DNA of 64,000 nt from Chiloscyllium plagiosum (Eukaryota): contig NC_057728.1 of the NCBI RefSeq assembly GCF_004010195.1, positions 47,526,166 through 47,590,165 on the forward strand, in the 5' to 3' direction. Position numbers and translations under genes: made by a program. Positions 1-13,704 of the stretch are shown here, in pieces (the stretch's first letter is position 1; each line of letters starts with the position of its first letter). Under the pieces are notes generated by a model. The model worked only from the letters and a program-made list of their open reading frames with translations, searched no databases and was not told the origin of the DNA.

Positions 1-660
1 GAATCAGAAAATTGTCTTGTACACACTTAAGAAATTCCTCGCCATCCAAACCTTTAAAACTATGGCAGTCCCAGTCGATGTTTGGAAAGTTGAAATCCCC
101 TACCATAACCACCATATTATTCTTACAGATAGCTGAGATCTCCTTACAAGTTTGTTTCTCAATTTCCCACTGACTATTGGGGGGTCTATAATACAATCCC
201 AATAAGGTGATCATCCCTTTCTTATTTCTCAGTTCCACCCAAATAACTTTCCTTGATGTATTTCCAGGAATATCCTACTTTAGCACAGCTGTAATTCTAT
301 CCCTTATCAAAAATGCGATTCCCCCTCCTCTTTTGCCTCCCTTTCTATCCTTCCTGTAGCATTTGTATCCTGGAACATTCAGCTGCCAGACATGCCCATC
401 CCTGAGCCATGTTTCTGTAATTGCTATGATATCCCAGTCCCATGTTCCTCACCATGCCCTGAGTTCATCCAGATATTACTACCCTTGAGGACCTCCTTTT
501 TAAATTTCTACCTAACTCTCTGTAATCTCCCTTCAGAGTCTCAACCTTTTCCCTTCCAATGTCGTTGGTTCCAATGTGGACAATGACCTCCTGCTACCCC
601 CTCTCCCCCCTGAGAACATTCTGCACCCTCTCTGGGACATCCTTGTGATCACCAAAATCA
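1..660 (-). mobile_element. CR1-clade LINE fragment (APE endonuclease region and ORF1 remnant)
   Basis: Minus strand encodes GDFNFP- and YYRPPN-like APE motifs; 470-640 resembles the esterase-ORF1 copy at 28540-28720. Confidence 0.75.
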
Positions 661-839
661 CCTATCCCAACCTCTGTAACAGCATGCAACTTTACCCACT
701 TCATTTGCTGGTGGAAACTCCATTCATGTCTTCATTATCTGTAGACTCGACTATTCCAATTGTTTTCCTGGCAGATTTTCCAACTTCTACCCTAACTTGA
801 AGTCATCCAAAATTGTGCTTCCTGTGTTTTAACTTGCTC

Positions 840-1195
840 AAAACCCCTGTTTCCCTATCACCTCTTAGCTCACTAACATACACTGGTCTCAGTCAAGCAA
901 TGTCTCAATTTGAAAATTCTCAGCCTTGTATCCAAATCCCTTCACTTCCTTATCCTTCCCTTTATTGGTAACCTGCTCCAGTTCCACAATTCTCCAAAAT
1001 ATCTATGCACTTCTAATTCTATCTCGCGTGCATCTCAATGTTAAACTCTGCATACTGGTAGTCATGTCTCCAATTGTTGGGTGCCAAGTCTAGAAAGCAC
1101 TCTGCTTCTCTACTTTACTTTCCTCTTTTAAGACGCTCTTTAAAAACTTCTAACTAAGCTTTTGATTATCTCACTTAACATCTGCTTATGTAGCC
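840..1195 (+). mobile_element. Old L2-like LINE 3' remnant (similar copy at ~57360-57680)
   Basis: Degenerate LHWLP..RI.FKIL-type 3' coding remnant shared by the two loci. Confidence 0.4.
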
Positions 1196-1204
1196 TGATT
1201 TCAT

Positions 1205-2162
1205 TTTTTTTAAATTTCAAAAATATACTTTATTCATAAAATACTTTAATGGTCTGTACAGTTGGACATGTCATATATATGTAAACATTCCATTTGTTTG
1301 CATATCGAAACAGAGTAATCATTCCTAGTTACAGGTCGGTACGATTACATTTTTAGCTGAGGNNNNNNNNNNNNNNNNNNNTTCACCGAGTTGATGATCC
1401 TCCAGGCACAGTTGATGTTCGTCTTGGTGTGCGTCCTGGGAACAGGCCGTAAAGCACGGAGTCCCACGTCACAGCACTACTCGGGACGAACCTCGACAAA
1501 CACCACTGCATTCCTCTCCAGACTTCTTCTGCGTAGGCACATTCCAGAAGAAGGTGTGACAGTCTCGTCCCCCCCCGCAGCCGCTTCGAAGGCAGCGTGT
1601 GATGCGGCTGAGAGTCCGGGCATGCATAAAGGATCTCACAGGCAGAGCCCTTCTCACCACCAGCCAAGCCATGTCTTGGTGCTTGTTGGAAAGTTCTGGA
1701 GATGAGACATTCTGCCAAATGGCTTTGACAGTCTGCTCAGGGAACTGCTCGATAGCATCTGCCCTCTCCTTTTTCTGAAGGGTCTCAAGGACGCTACGTG
1801 CTGACCACTTCCTGATGTACTTGTGGTCAAAGGTGTTTTTCTTCATAAACTTCTCCACGAAGGACAGGTGATACGGAACGGTCCAACTACTCAGAGCCTT
1901 CCGCGGCAGCAAGGCCAGGCCCATCCTTCGCAACACCGGGGACAGGTAGAACCTCAGTACGTAGTGACACTTGGTGTTTGCGTACTGGGGATCCACGCAC
2001 AGCTTGATGCAGCCACACACAAAAGTGGCCATCAGGGTGAGGGTGGCATTGGGTGTATTTTTTCCCCCATTGCCCAGATCTTTGTACAGCGATTCCCTTC
2101 GGACCCGGTCCATCTTTGACCTCCATATAAACTGGAAGATGGCCCGGGTGACTGCAGTGGCA
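1205..2162 (-). mobile_element. 5'-truncated L1/Tx1-like LINE in RAB21 intron 1
   Basis: ORF2 C-terminal Cys/His (zf-RVT-like) region, e.g. CGG..ET..HLLLEC; AATAAA and poly(A) on the minus strand at 1205-1233; TSD CTGATTTCAT at 1195-1204 and 2163-2172; N-gap 1362-1381. Confidence 0.85.
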
Positions 2163-3129
2163 CTGATTTCATATTTTGTTTTATAATGCTTCTGTGAATT
2201 GTCACAGACATTTTATTACTTTAAGGGCACCATATGTGTCAATGCTGTTGCAAACGATGGTTTACTCCACTGCTCCAAGATACTTGCATCTTTGGTCGTC
2301 TGTTCTCATAGCTACTCATGTAGCTAAACATATGGTAAATGTTTCAGTGAAGTACCTTGGGATGCTTTACGATATAAAAGATATTATCCTGTGGGTCATG
2401 AAAAGTCAGTTACGAATATGCAAACTGGAGGCAGTTCAAACCTCTCAATTTCAGAGTATCGATGATATTCAAATTAACTATACTGTCAATGCATATTCAA
2501 ATCTTATTTGCCTTTTTGTGAAAGCTTTGCAAAGACAAAGAAACTTGACCTCAATTCCTTTAAAACAAGAAAACAAAATGGCATTTATTTTGACTAGAAA
2601 GTAAAACAAAAAAAAAAAAAAATCGGGAATCAATTATTCAACAGAATAAGATGAAAACATCATCTCAATTTGGAACAGAGCTGTTCATTCATTGTTGTTG
2701 GGTTAAATTCCTGGAACTCTCTTCAAAACAGCATTGTGGATGTACCTACACCCCAAGGACTTTGTGCGGCAACTCACTACCACCTTTGCTGGGACAAATA
2801 CAGGAGCCAGTGACACCCACATCCCATGATTGAATAAAGAAAGCCAACAAGTCCAAGAACCTCTCTGTATGTGTATATCTTCTGCACACAATTATTAAAA
2901 TACATCCATTTATGGGTTCTTAATCTTTAACTATATTACTGACAAAGGCTATGGCCAAAGTGGATCACTCGACAGAAAACAGGAAATTTTAACATCAAAT
3001 TTGAATGAACGGAAAAGAGACAAGAACAGCTGTGTCTTCTAATAAATTATAGCAAGCTTAATAACACTAAAATCAAGCATCTAAAAAATGAATGTTACTT
3101 CTGGTAATATATTCAAATACCAGAGAGGC

Positions 3130-4312
3130 TACATAGAACATATAACATAGAAAAGTACAGCACAGAACAGGCCCTTTGGCCCACGATAGTTGTGCTGAGA
3201 TTTAATCCTAACGTAAAATATAGTAACTTAACCTAAGCACCCCTCAACTCATTGTTATCCATGTGCATGTCCAGCAGTCACTTAAATGTCCCCAATGACT
3301 CTGCTTCCAACAGCACAGCTGGCAACGCATTCCATGCATACACAACTCTCTGCGTAAAGAACCTACCTCTGACGTCTCCTTTATACTTTCCTAATATCTT
3401 TGAGGCACCTATGTACTTGCACACCCAGATCCCTCTGTTCCTCCACACTACCAAGAATCCCATCTTTAATCCTATATTCAGCATTCGAGTGCGACCTTCC
3501 AAAATGCATCACTTTGCATTTATCCAGGTTGAATTCCATCTGCCATTTCTCAGCCCAGCTCTGCATCCTGTCTATGTCGTGCTGCAGCCTGCAGTAGCCC
3601 TCTATACTATCAATGACACCTCCAACCTTTGTGTCATCTGCAAATTTACTAACCCACCCCTCAACTTCCTTGTCGAAGTCATTTATAAAAACTACAAAGA
3701 GCAGAGGCCCAAGAACAGAGGCCCTGCGGGACCCCACTCAACACTGACCTCTAGGCAGAATACTTCCCATCCACAACCACTCTCTGCCTTGTCAGTCAGC
3801 CAATTCTGAATCCAGATAGCCAAATCTCCCTGTATCCCATACTTCCTGACTTTATGAATGAGCCCGCCATGGGGAGGCCGATCAAATGCCTTGCTGAAGT
3901 CCATATACACCGCATCCACTGCTTGACTGTCGTCGACCTGTCTTGACATCTCCTCAAAGATCTGAATAAGATTTGTGAGGCATGACCTGCCCCTCACAAA
4001 GCTATGCTGACTGCCTTTAATCACACTATGCTTTGCCAAATAGTCATAAAGCCTATCCCTCAGAATTCTTTCCAAAACTTTGCTGACCACATATTTAAGA
4101 CTGTTCTGTAATTGCCAGGGATTTCCCTATTACCCTTCTTGAAAACAAGAACAACATTCGCCTCCTTCCAATTCTCCGGTACAACTCTTGTGGACAGTGA
4201 GGAGACAAATATCCTTGCCAGCGGCTTAGCAATCTTCTTTATCGTTTCCCAGTGCAGCATAGGATAAATCTGGTCTGGCCCTGGAGACTTATCAATCTTC
4301 ATGTTTTCCAAA
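3130..4312 (-). mobile_element. CR1 LINE fragment (RT and 3' end, internally deleted)
   Basis: QHSFVRGRSCLTNL, YMDFSKAFD, KFADDTK motifs; (TTCTATG)-like tail at ~3130-3150. Confidence 0.9.
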
Positions 4313-5266
4313 TATTTACCAAGTTTTTATAAATTGTCTTTCCAGTTGCATTGATTCTGAAACAACCAGTTGCAGAATTTTTTTTATTTTGATTAGTTAA
4401 CAGATTTATTTAAAAGTGGTCAATAATCTTTCAAGAATTAGTATTCCAGAAATATAACTGTCAATGATACAGAGCATTATTTTGATTTTATTCCTCAACT
4501 AGGGCTCAAAGATCAAGTCATTTTCGATATTTTGTAGAACACAAGCAGTTAAAAGAAAAAAAACTCAATGATTACAAAATCCCCTGACTAAACCCTACCG
4601 TCATGTGAAACATGCTTTATTTCACAACCAAAAACAATGCGACGAAATGCCACGAAACCAAATTCCATACTTTCGTTTCTGTGAAAAAAACGTCAAACTT
4701 TCAATTTGCCACTCCATTAAAAAAATTAGCTGCGGAAGTTCCGACTTCAATGGAATTGTATAAGCCTTTAAAAGATGGTCCTGCATGCAAGAAGTGAAAA
4801 TGAAGCACAAACGCCAATAACATAAAATTTAGGAAGTGTTGCTGAAGATATTTCGGAAACGAAACTTGGCCAACCTGTGAATGAATCTGATACGCCTCCC
4901 ACAAATTTTAATGGCAAAATATCATTTGTGAGCTTTGTTTGTTTTAAGAACTATCTGCCTTCTTAACAAATGAAGGGCGAAGCATTTCTCCTCCTTCCAG
5001 CTCCCCCAAAAGATTCACTGATCGCTGGCAAAACAACAAAAATAACACTGATGTGTGACTGTGGGTCACACAACTTACAGTCAGTTGGTTGGTATAAGCG
5101 TACAATAGGAAATGATTTTCACATTTCGGCAGCAGGGCCTCCTCGCTGCCAGGAGAACTGACCGCCTGCCCCACCAGAGTGAGGGGGACAATGATCCAAA
5201 ACCCACGGGTGGCCGTGGGAAATGGAAACTGAAGTGAAAGAGGTATGAGGAATAGGAATGACGAAC

Positions 5267-5407
5267 CTGGAGTGTAGTGATGTGCTTATCGTTGAATTTG
5301 TTCTCACAATATCTCAACACCAGAGACGTCTTTCCCACACATCCTTCCCCCAGCAGGACAACTTTAAACGAATAGGTTTTACCGCCTCCAGCGCCGGCAC
5401 TCGCCAT
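5267..5407 (-). CDS. RAB21: RAB21 coding exon 1 (47 codons); remaining exons lie beyond the left edge of the window
   Basis: Translates to MASAGAGGGKTYSFKVVLLGEGCVGKTSLVLRYCENKFNDKHITTLQ, a Rab G1 P-loop with RAB21-specific sequence. Ends at the phase-0 donor CAG|GTTCGT. Same strand as TMEM19, as in the human locus. Confidence 0.96.
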
Positions 5408-5760
5408 GATCAGCAGAGAAACGGAGCCCAACAAAAATTCGAGCACAATCGCATGAGACCGCGGCGAGCTAAGAGCTGTTGTAATTGGGAAGTCAGTTAG
5501 TCAGCCTGCCACAGTAAACAAGCCACTACCCTCTTGTCTAATGGCGTCTCCTTCCTCCTGCGTCACCCCCTCCAGAGGACTAGGCTGATTGACAGCTATG
5601 GAAGGGAGCGGAGCAAAGGCGGAGCCAGGGCCTCGGTAGGTGGGGACAAGCTGAAGGCCGTGGCCATAGGAAAGGATGGACCTGTACCTTTTCTGCAACT
5701 TGGCAGGAAGATAGAACCCTCCGTCTTCTCCAAACCACCGCCCCCAACAAAATTACAATT
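5408..5760 (-). promoter_or_regulatory. RAB21 5' UTR/promoter, CpG-enriched
   Basis: GC/CpG-rich unique sequence immediately upstream of the ATG, with a GC box CCGCCCC near 5738-5745. Confidence 0.6.
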
Positions 5761-5879
5761 GTGCAGGTTCAAAAACAGCATCTTCACCAGTTGAAAAGTG
5801 TGGCACTAGAAAAGCACAGCAAGTCGGGCTGCATACAAGAAGCACGTTTCAGGCATAAGCCCTTCCTCAGGGATCAGAG

Positions 5880-7329
5880 ACTCGTGCATATGTGACCAGT
5901 TCAAGCAGGCCTTGAGAGCCAAGTTAAACCGAGGCAAGAGCAAGGCTGTGCTCTTCGGGAACTGGGCCGACCAACCCTCCATCCCATTCACCGTCAGGAC
6001 CGACCACCTGAAGGTGCTGAGTATTTGGTTTGGAGGGGCTGGGGTGTGTGCCAAGTCTTGGGAGGAGCATATCAGGAAAGTGAGGCAGAAACTGGGCAGA
6101 TAGAAGCTACGGTCACTCTCCATCATGGGTAAAAACCTGGCCATCAGGTGTTAAACAATGTCAGCGTTGTTATATGTGGCACAGGTCTGGCCTATTGCCA
6201 AAACCTGTGCTGTTGCTGTCACTCAGCTCAGCTTCCATTTTAATATGGAGATCAAAGATGGACCAGGTCCGAAGGGACGCTACGTATAAAGATCTGGGCA
6301 ACAGGGGAAAAAACACACCCAATGCCAACCTCACCCTAATGGCCACCTGGGCGTGTGGATCCCCGGTATGCAAACACCAGGTGTCACTACGTACTGAGGT
6401 TCTACCCTGTCCCCGGTGTTGCGAAGGATGGGCCTGGCCTCGCTGCCGTGGAACCTCCAAGTAGTTGGACCATTCCATATCACCTATCCTTGTGGAGAAA
6501 TTTATGAAGAAAAACACCTTTGACCACAAGTCCATCAGGAAGTGGTCAGCACGTAGTGTCCTTGAGACCCTACGGGAAAAGGAGGGTGGATCCAGTCGAG
6601 CTGTTCCCTTGGCAGACTGTCAAAGTCATTTGGCAGAATGCCTCATCACCAGAAATTTCCAACAAGCACCAAGACATGGCTTGGCTGGTGGTGAGAAGGG
6701 CTCTGCCTGTGAGATCCTTTATGCACACCCAGACTCTGCCACACCACACACTGCCCTCAAAAGAGGCTGTGGAGGAGACAAGACTGTCACACACCTCCTT
6801 CTCGAACGTGCCTACGCAAATGAAGTCTGGAAAAGAATGCAGTGGCGTTTGTCGAGGTTCATCCCGAGCAACTCCGTGCTGCGGGACTCCGTGCTCTATG
6901 GTCGGTTCCCCGGGACACAGACGAACATCAACTGTGCCTGGAGGATCATCAACTGGGTCAAAGACACACTCTGGTCTATCCGAAACTTGATCTTCCAGCT
7001 GAAGGAGCTGACCCTGACAGTGTTACGGACTGGCACATTCCAAGGTCCAGGACTAAGTGTTGAGGGATGTGCTGAAGCTTGGGGCAGCTGCCACCAAGGC
7101 GCAGTGGGGAAAGACCGCAGTGTAAACGTCTGACTGTCAAAAGGAAAAATATGGGGCCTGCTCAGAAGTGCTGACACCTCAGCTAAGTATATGGATAGTT
7201 ACAGACCTGTATATACAAATGATTAATTCTGATCTCTATGTAAAGAAATGGAAGGTGGACCTATGAATGGCACTATCAATTGTACAGATCAAAATATTTT
7301 ATGAAGTATATTTTTGAAATTAAAAAAAA
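5880..7329 (+). mobile_element. 5'-truncated L1/Tx1-like LINE, same family as 1205-2162
   Basis: Extensive similarity to the 1381-2162 copy in opposite orientation; A-rich tail at 7322-7329. Confidence 0.85.
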
Positions 7330-9360
7330 TCATTGAAGGACTTAATGCTGGAAACATGGACTCTGCTTTTCCAAAACCACACTTTTCAATTCTGGATGAA
7401 CTTCTCAAATTTCAGGTTCAAAAATACCTTTTGCCCTGCTGTTGTTAGACTTCTGAATGGATCCCTCAAATTTCAAATTGACTGTTGGTCTTGCGTTTTG
7501 TGCACTTTCTTTGCAGCCATAACTTTGTAAACACACTGTGCAACCACCCTATGATCTTTGTATGTTATAATCTCTTAAGTGCAGGGAAAGTTCTCTGCAG
7601 TAAAGTGCATGTGACAACAATAAACCAAAATCTAAATAAACAGTGATCAAGATTCTACAGCAACACTAACATTTACCTAAAAAGTTATAAATGACATGCC
7701 AGTTATTTGCTAAAATCATGGTATCAGACTAAATTAATTCATCTTTTCATAACAGGGCACAAGATGTCATTTTGTATCCCTGCATTGCTTTGACCAAGAA
7801 AGCCAGGTAACATGACTGATACAGGTTAGAAAATAAGGTTTGGGTTAATTGGCCTATATTTTCCCTTGAATGGCCCTGCAATTGTGCATACTGCTACAAA
7901 CATGCATCAGTGAAGGGTAGAACGGTGGTGGATTGGGTGCCAGTCAAGTTGTTTGATGTGTCTATATTCTTGGCCACTGTTGGAGTTGCACTAGCTAAAC
8001 AGGTGTAGAAACAAGTTGCTTGCTGCAAAATTTCCTCAATTCTGACTTGATCTTTTAGCAAGATATGGCCCTATCAAATTTCACATGATCCTGTTGGCTG
8101 ATTACATTTTTCATGATCCCTTCAACTAAGGTGGCATGCAGTTTGAGCACATACTTCCATTAATTAGCAAAGCTGTTCTTACCAGTTTCTACAATAAACT
8201 ACTTCAAGGGAACAGAAGAGCTGTATGTGTAGGGTAGGGAAGAGAGGGGACAACTGAAGAGAATCTGAACCAAGACTTGTTGACCTTGATATTGTATTTG
8301 GTACCGCAGTTGGTAACCAATATTCAGGATCACTCATTCTTGCCGCTCTCATTTTTTTTTTTTAAAAAGTCGGTCACCTGCAGATGGAACAATTCCAATC
8401 CTCTGAGGAGCACTTCCTACCTTCAAATTCAGTTCAAAACCCTTCAGGTCCTATCATCTAGAAATTGTAAAGAAATAAATGTTGATGCCTTACAAGCCAT
8501 TGTGCTCAAACACCACAATTTAACTCCCATTTGTATGACCTTGTCTTTATCTACAACCCTGTAATCAATCCACTCCCAATTCAGGGTTTGAACCATCAGA
8601 TTTTCATATTTCATCATTGAAAGGCACAGCTGTCACAAAGTACATGAAAAAGTGAGAATCAAACAAACAATGTGACATTCCAAAAACCTGAAAGTATGAT
8701 TTCCAGTACTATTGAATAACTATGGCTTTGGAGGTAATTTATTTATCTGAACAATGTATTGCAGTAGAGAAGGTTGACTGCAAAAGTACACTGAAAATAA
8801 GATTCTGGCTATTAAGCATAAAGGTTTATTATAACATTAGCATTTTGATTTGATAGTGTAAAACATCATACAATAAGTAAGAGCAGAGTGGAAAAATTGC
8901 AACTATCCCATTGAAATAGGATTTCACCTTTTGGTAAGCACCCATTGAAAAAGACAGTCCTGGTGATAGAAGATGCATTTAGGTATGCACAAAAATCCAA
9001 AAATTAACTGGTATTTCTTCCAAAAGAAAGCCTTTGTTCCAGATCATTCTCTTTATTTCCAATGGAGAATTCATGAACTTGAGAAGTAATCTTGTTGCTT
9101 TGAAGCCTGAAGACATTTAAAAGCAGGTTACACATACACAAGCACTAACATTTGATATTTTATTTAGCATTAAAGTCTAGTTACTAAAGATGTTGTTCTT
9201 GTGACAGCACATTAGAGTTTTATCACTGAACATCAAACCATTACTTAAAAAGACTGATAGGATGCGGATGTCACTGGCTATGCCAGCATTTATTGCTGTG
9301 GAGGAAATTAATTACTTCAGCCACCATGTTGTCACAAGGAGTGAGCGCCAGTATTTTGAT

Positions 9361-9604
9361 GGAGGTGCCACTGTTGGACTGGGATGGACAAAGTTAAAAG
9401 TCACAACACCACATTTAGACAGACCGGTTTAGTTGGAAGCTTACTTTTTGGAACACTGCTCCTTCAACAGGTAGTTGGAGTAAAGATCAAATTCTGTCTT
9501 ATGATCGTATATTCCACAAACACCTGATGAAGCAGCACGCTGAAAGCTAGTGCTTCAAATAAACCTATTGGACTATAACCTGGGTGTTATGATTGAACTT
9601 TATT
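9361..9604. mobile_element. Palindromic PLE-derived element (family C) with hammerhead motif at 9521-9552
   Basis: CAC-CUGAUGA-A-GCAGCACGCU-GAAA-GCUA-GUG; inverted arm at 9390-9490; TSD CAG(T/G)ATTTTGAT at 9349-9360 and 9605-9616. Confidence 0.75.
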
Positions 9605-10673
9605 CAGGATTTTGATTCAGCAGTGAAGGAACAATAATAATTTAATGTCAGGATGGGGTGAGTCTTAGAGTGGAACTTGTTAGTATATTTTATGTTCTGC
9701 TGATCTTGTCCTACATGGCAGAGGCCTATGAGTTCAGAAGGTATTGTCTAACAAAATTAGAGTTTCTGCTGTTGACCTATTGACAATTCAGTGGTGTAAA
9801 AAATCCCACAGATAGTACCAAATAAGTCAATTCAATAAAACTGTAGATGAAGATTTGAAACAAGTCAGAGAAGCTCAGCTCAGAAAACAGTTATTTTTAG
9901 AGTCCAGTCTGTTGGGTCACTGACTTGTTGTCAACCCAATTGAGTTCAACATCCACACACAGACAACCTATTGCTTAAACTTAATACTATATCAGATCAC
10001 ATTTAGCTAATTTAAATTGTATTGTTCAAAAGTTAAAGGCCAAGGCAAATACAAAAAAGTCATAAAAAAGTAGTCCACTAGTCAATCTGTCTGCAGAAGT
10101 CAATCTTTCAGGGAAAAAAAAATGAAAGGCTGGCTTTAGAGTCTAGGCAATATCATTAAAGGGTCACTGCATGGTTTGAAGTATGAATAGCTGGTTTGCA
10201 TTGAGAGACAAGCAAAAATTAAAGTGAGTTGGCTAATGCCAAGGCAGATTTAAAAATCAGCCTGTTGACAAACATGACAACACCTCTGGAGCAGGTGGGG
10301 CTTGAACCACGACCAGAAGGTCCTGAGGTGGTAGTGTACTACCACTGTACAATGCAACAGGCCTTCAACAATTCAATTTGTCTACTAACTAGTGAAGATT
10401 TAAAATGTCGGAAGGAACCCCAGTACATTTCCAGGTTGATGGAATAGGATTCATTAGGCAAACAACCTGTATCTGAAAAACCAAGGACATTAAATAAGTT
10501 GGACTGAAGTCTTGGCTAGAGACATTAGGATTTTCAAGTGAGTACACCTTATTTCGTGATTTCTTCCCCATTTGTGTAGATCAGATGAAGCATTAGTTAT
10601 CTGAACAGGTAATTTACACAAATTTATGCTAATTGCTGGAACGGTATACAGCAATTGAATTCATCAAGACTTC

Positions 10674-10693
10674 TCAATTTAAAGTTTCCTCTT
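10674..10693 (-). CDS. Spo12-like microprotein, probable last coding exon
   Basis: Strong acceptor gctttgctccccctccaacag|AA, phase 1, giving (E)EETLN*TGA; followed by ~1 kb of mostly unique putative 3' UTR. Confidence 0.5.
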
Positions 10694-10734
10694 CTGTTGG
10701 AGGGGGAGCAAAGCACAGACAACTCATTGCAACT

Positions 10735-13330
10735 CCTCACAGGAAGAGTTGCATTGCTGGTCAGGGTTGATATCACGGCTGTGCGAAAGGAGGACACTAT
10801 GGAGGGATTGAGCAGTGAAGCATTATGGGTAGAGCTGAGAAATAGGCATGCAGTTACATTGTTGGGGCTGTACTACAGGCCTCCCAACAATGAGGGTGAG
10901 GTAGAAGAACAAATAGGTAAACAGATTATGGAAAGATGTAGAGGCAACAGGGTGGTGGTGATGGGAGATTTTAATTTTCCCAACATTGACTGAGATACAC
11001 TTAATGTCAGATCTGGATGGGGCAGAATTTGTAAGAAGTGTCCAGGAGAGTTTTCTAGAGCAGTATGTCAATAGTGTGACAAGGGAAGGAGCCATATTGG
11101 ACCTGGTGTTGGGGAATGACCAGGCCAGGTGGCAGAAGTTAAAGTGGGGGGGGGGTTCTTTGGGAATATTGACCACAATTCTGTAACTTTTAGAATACAG
11201 ATAGACAAAAGATGAGAGTGGCCCTCAGGGAAGGGTACTAAACTGGGCCAAGGCCTATTATATCAGAATTTGGCAGGAGCTGGGAAATGTGGATTGGACT
11301 CAGTTATTTGAAGAGAAGTCCATATTCAGTATGTGGGAGGCTTTCAAAGGAATGTTGAAGATAGTGTAGGATAGGTATGTCCCTTTGAAAACAAGGGATA
11401 GGAAAGGCAATATTAGTGAACTGTGGATGACAGGAGAAATCATGCGACAAGCCAAGAGGAAAAGGGAAGCAGACATAAGGTCCAGGCAGCTAAGAACAGA
11501 ACAGGTCCTGGAAGAATATCGGAAGAGTAAGACCAATCTTCAACAAGAAATCAAGTGGGCTAAAAAGGGTCATGAAATTGTTTTAGTGAGCAGAATTAAG
11601 GAGAATCCCAAGACCTTTTATTCTTATCCAAGAAGAAAGCGGGTAACTAAAGGAAGGGTTGGTCCACTAAAGGATAAGGAAGGTTGAGTGTCAAACCTGA
11701 GAAAATGGGTGAGATTCTCTGATTACTTTGCATCAGTGTTCACTGAGGAGAGGGACATGATCAATGTTGAGATTAGAGATAGAAGTTTACTGTGGATCAC
11801 GTTGACATGAGGGAGGATGTGTTGGGTAGACTAAAGGATATTAAGGTAGACAAAGCTCCAGGATTTGCTGAGAGGGGAGAGGGGAAATAGCTGGTGTCCT
11901 GACATATCTTTGTAGCAACACTAAACAGGTGAAGTGCCAGAGAACTGGAGGTTTGTAGGGATATTTCAGGTAACTACAGACTAGTGAGCCTGATGTCAGT
12001 GGTGGGGAAGTTGCTGGAGAAGGTACTGAGGGAAGAAATCTATTTATATTTGGAAGACAATGGGCTCACCAGTGATAGGCAACATGGTTGTGTGTGGGGG
12101 AAGATCGTGCCTTACCAATTTAATAGAGTTCTTTGAGGAAATGACCAGGTTGATAGATGAAGGAAGGGCTGTAGATGTCATATACATTGACTTTAGTAAG
12201 GTATTTGATATGGTTCCCCATGGTAAACTAATGGAGAAAGTGAAGTCGCATGATGTGCAGGGTGTTCTAGCTAGGTGGATAAAGAACTGGTTGAGCAACA
12301 GGGGACAGTAGTAGTTGAAGAGAGTTTGTCGAAATCGAGAAAGGTGAGCAGTGGTGTTTCCACAGGGATCAGTGCTGGAGCCACTTGTTTGTGATATACA
12401 TGAATGATCTGGAAAAGGGCACTGTTGGTATGATCAGCAAGTTTGCAGATGACAAGATTGGTGGAGTAGCAGAAAGCATAGGGGACGGTCAAAGAATACA
12501 GGAGAATATAGATAGACTGGAGAGTTGGGCGGAGAAGTGGCAGATGGAATTCAATCTGGGCAAATGTGACATGATGCATTTTGTAAGGTCTAATTCTAGA
12601 GCAAGCTATACAGTAAACGGAAGAGCCTTGGGAAAAGTTGATGAGCAAAGAGATCTGGGAGTTGAGGTCCATTGTTCCCTGAACGTTGCTGCACAGGTGG
12701 ATAGTGGTCAAGGAAGCATATGGTATGCTTACCTTCATCAGACAAGATATGGAGTACAAGAGCTGGCAGGTCATATTAAAAATTGTACAAGACTTGGGTT
12801 TGGCCACATTTAGAATATAGTGTACAGTTGTTGTCACCACATTACTAAAAGAACATGGACGCTTTGGTGAACATGCAGAGAAGATTTGTTGCCTGGTTTG
12901 ACAGGTGCTAACTATGAAGAGGTTGAGCAGGTTAGGATTGTTTTCATTAGAAAAAAGGAAATGGGAAGGGGTGGAGAACCTGATTGAGGTCTACAAATAT
13001 CATGAAGGGAATAAACAGGGTGGATATAGATAAGCTTTTTCCCCAGGGTGAGGGATTCAATGAAAGGTCACGTGTTCAAGGAGAGAGGTGAAAAGGTTTG
13101 AGGATACATGTGAAAAGTACTTTACACAGAGGGTGTTAGGTGCTTGGAATGTATTGCATCACAGGCAGGCACAGTAGATTCATTTAAAGTGCATCTGGAT
13201 AGATGCACGAGTAGGTGGGGAGCAGAAAGATAGATGCTTAGGAATTGGGTGATAGGTTTAGACAGTGGATTTGGATCGGCTCAAGTTTGGAGGGCTTAAA
13301 GGCTTGTTCCTGGGCTGTAAGTTTTTTGTT
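10735..13330 (+). mobile_element. Decayed CR1 LINE (APE + RT + 3' end)
   Basis: LYYRPPN, GDFNFP, ILDLVL, GRSCLTNLIEFFE, DFSKVFD, KFADD motifs with frameshifts. Confidence 0.92.
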
Positions 13331-13704
13331 CATTATTCAGCACAGTCAACTGAATCCAACATTCAAATTTGAAGACAAAAAGGAGAACAACAAACTTGTA
13401 AAGTCATGCACCTAATCAGCAAAAGCAGCCTCATCTTTTGGCATGTACCTAGTCAAATTAGCTCTTCCAAGTTGCATATATGAACTTACCATAAAGATAA
13501 CATGTTAAGTTACACAGTTGGACCAAATTACTACACTTGCTGGTTATACTGAAGAAGTTTTATAAAACCATTCTAAATGCAGGTAAGTTTAATTGTTGCA
13601 TTCATCGTTCAGTCAAGATTCTTATTGAAATTAATAGTTATTGAAAACCCACCATGAGTCAAACAAGGGTTTCACTTACATTCTGTTAAACTTATTAGTT
13701 CTGG

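Noticed and set aside
5408..5446. N-terminal extension of the RAB21 ORF (MLEFLLGSVSLLI) and read-through past 5267
   Set aside because: The extension relies on a non-ATG start in the ORF track, and the downstream part is intron
8581..8617. C/D-box snoRNA-like AUGAUGA...CUGA on the minus strand
   Set aside because: Too short and lacking a terminal stem; other UGAUGA hits are hammerhead cores
13490..13575. Candidate exon with strong donor TG|GTAAGT in the Spo12-like gene
   Set aside because: Available acceptors give an in-frame stop in phase 1; at most an alternative or non-coding exon
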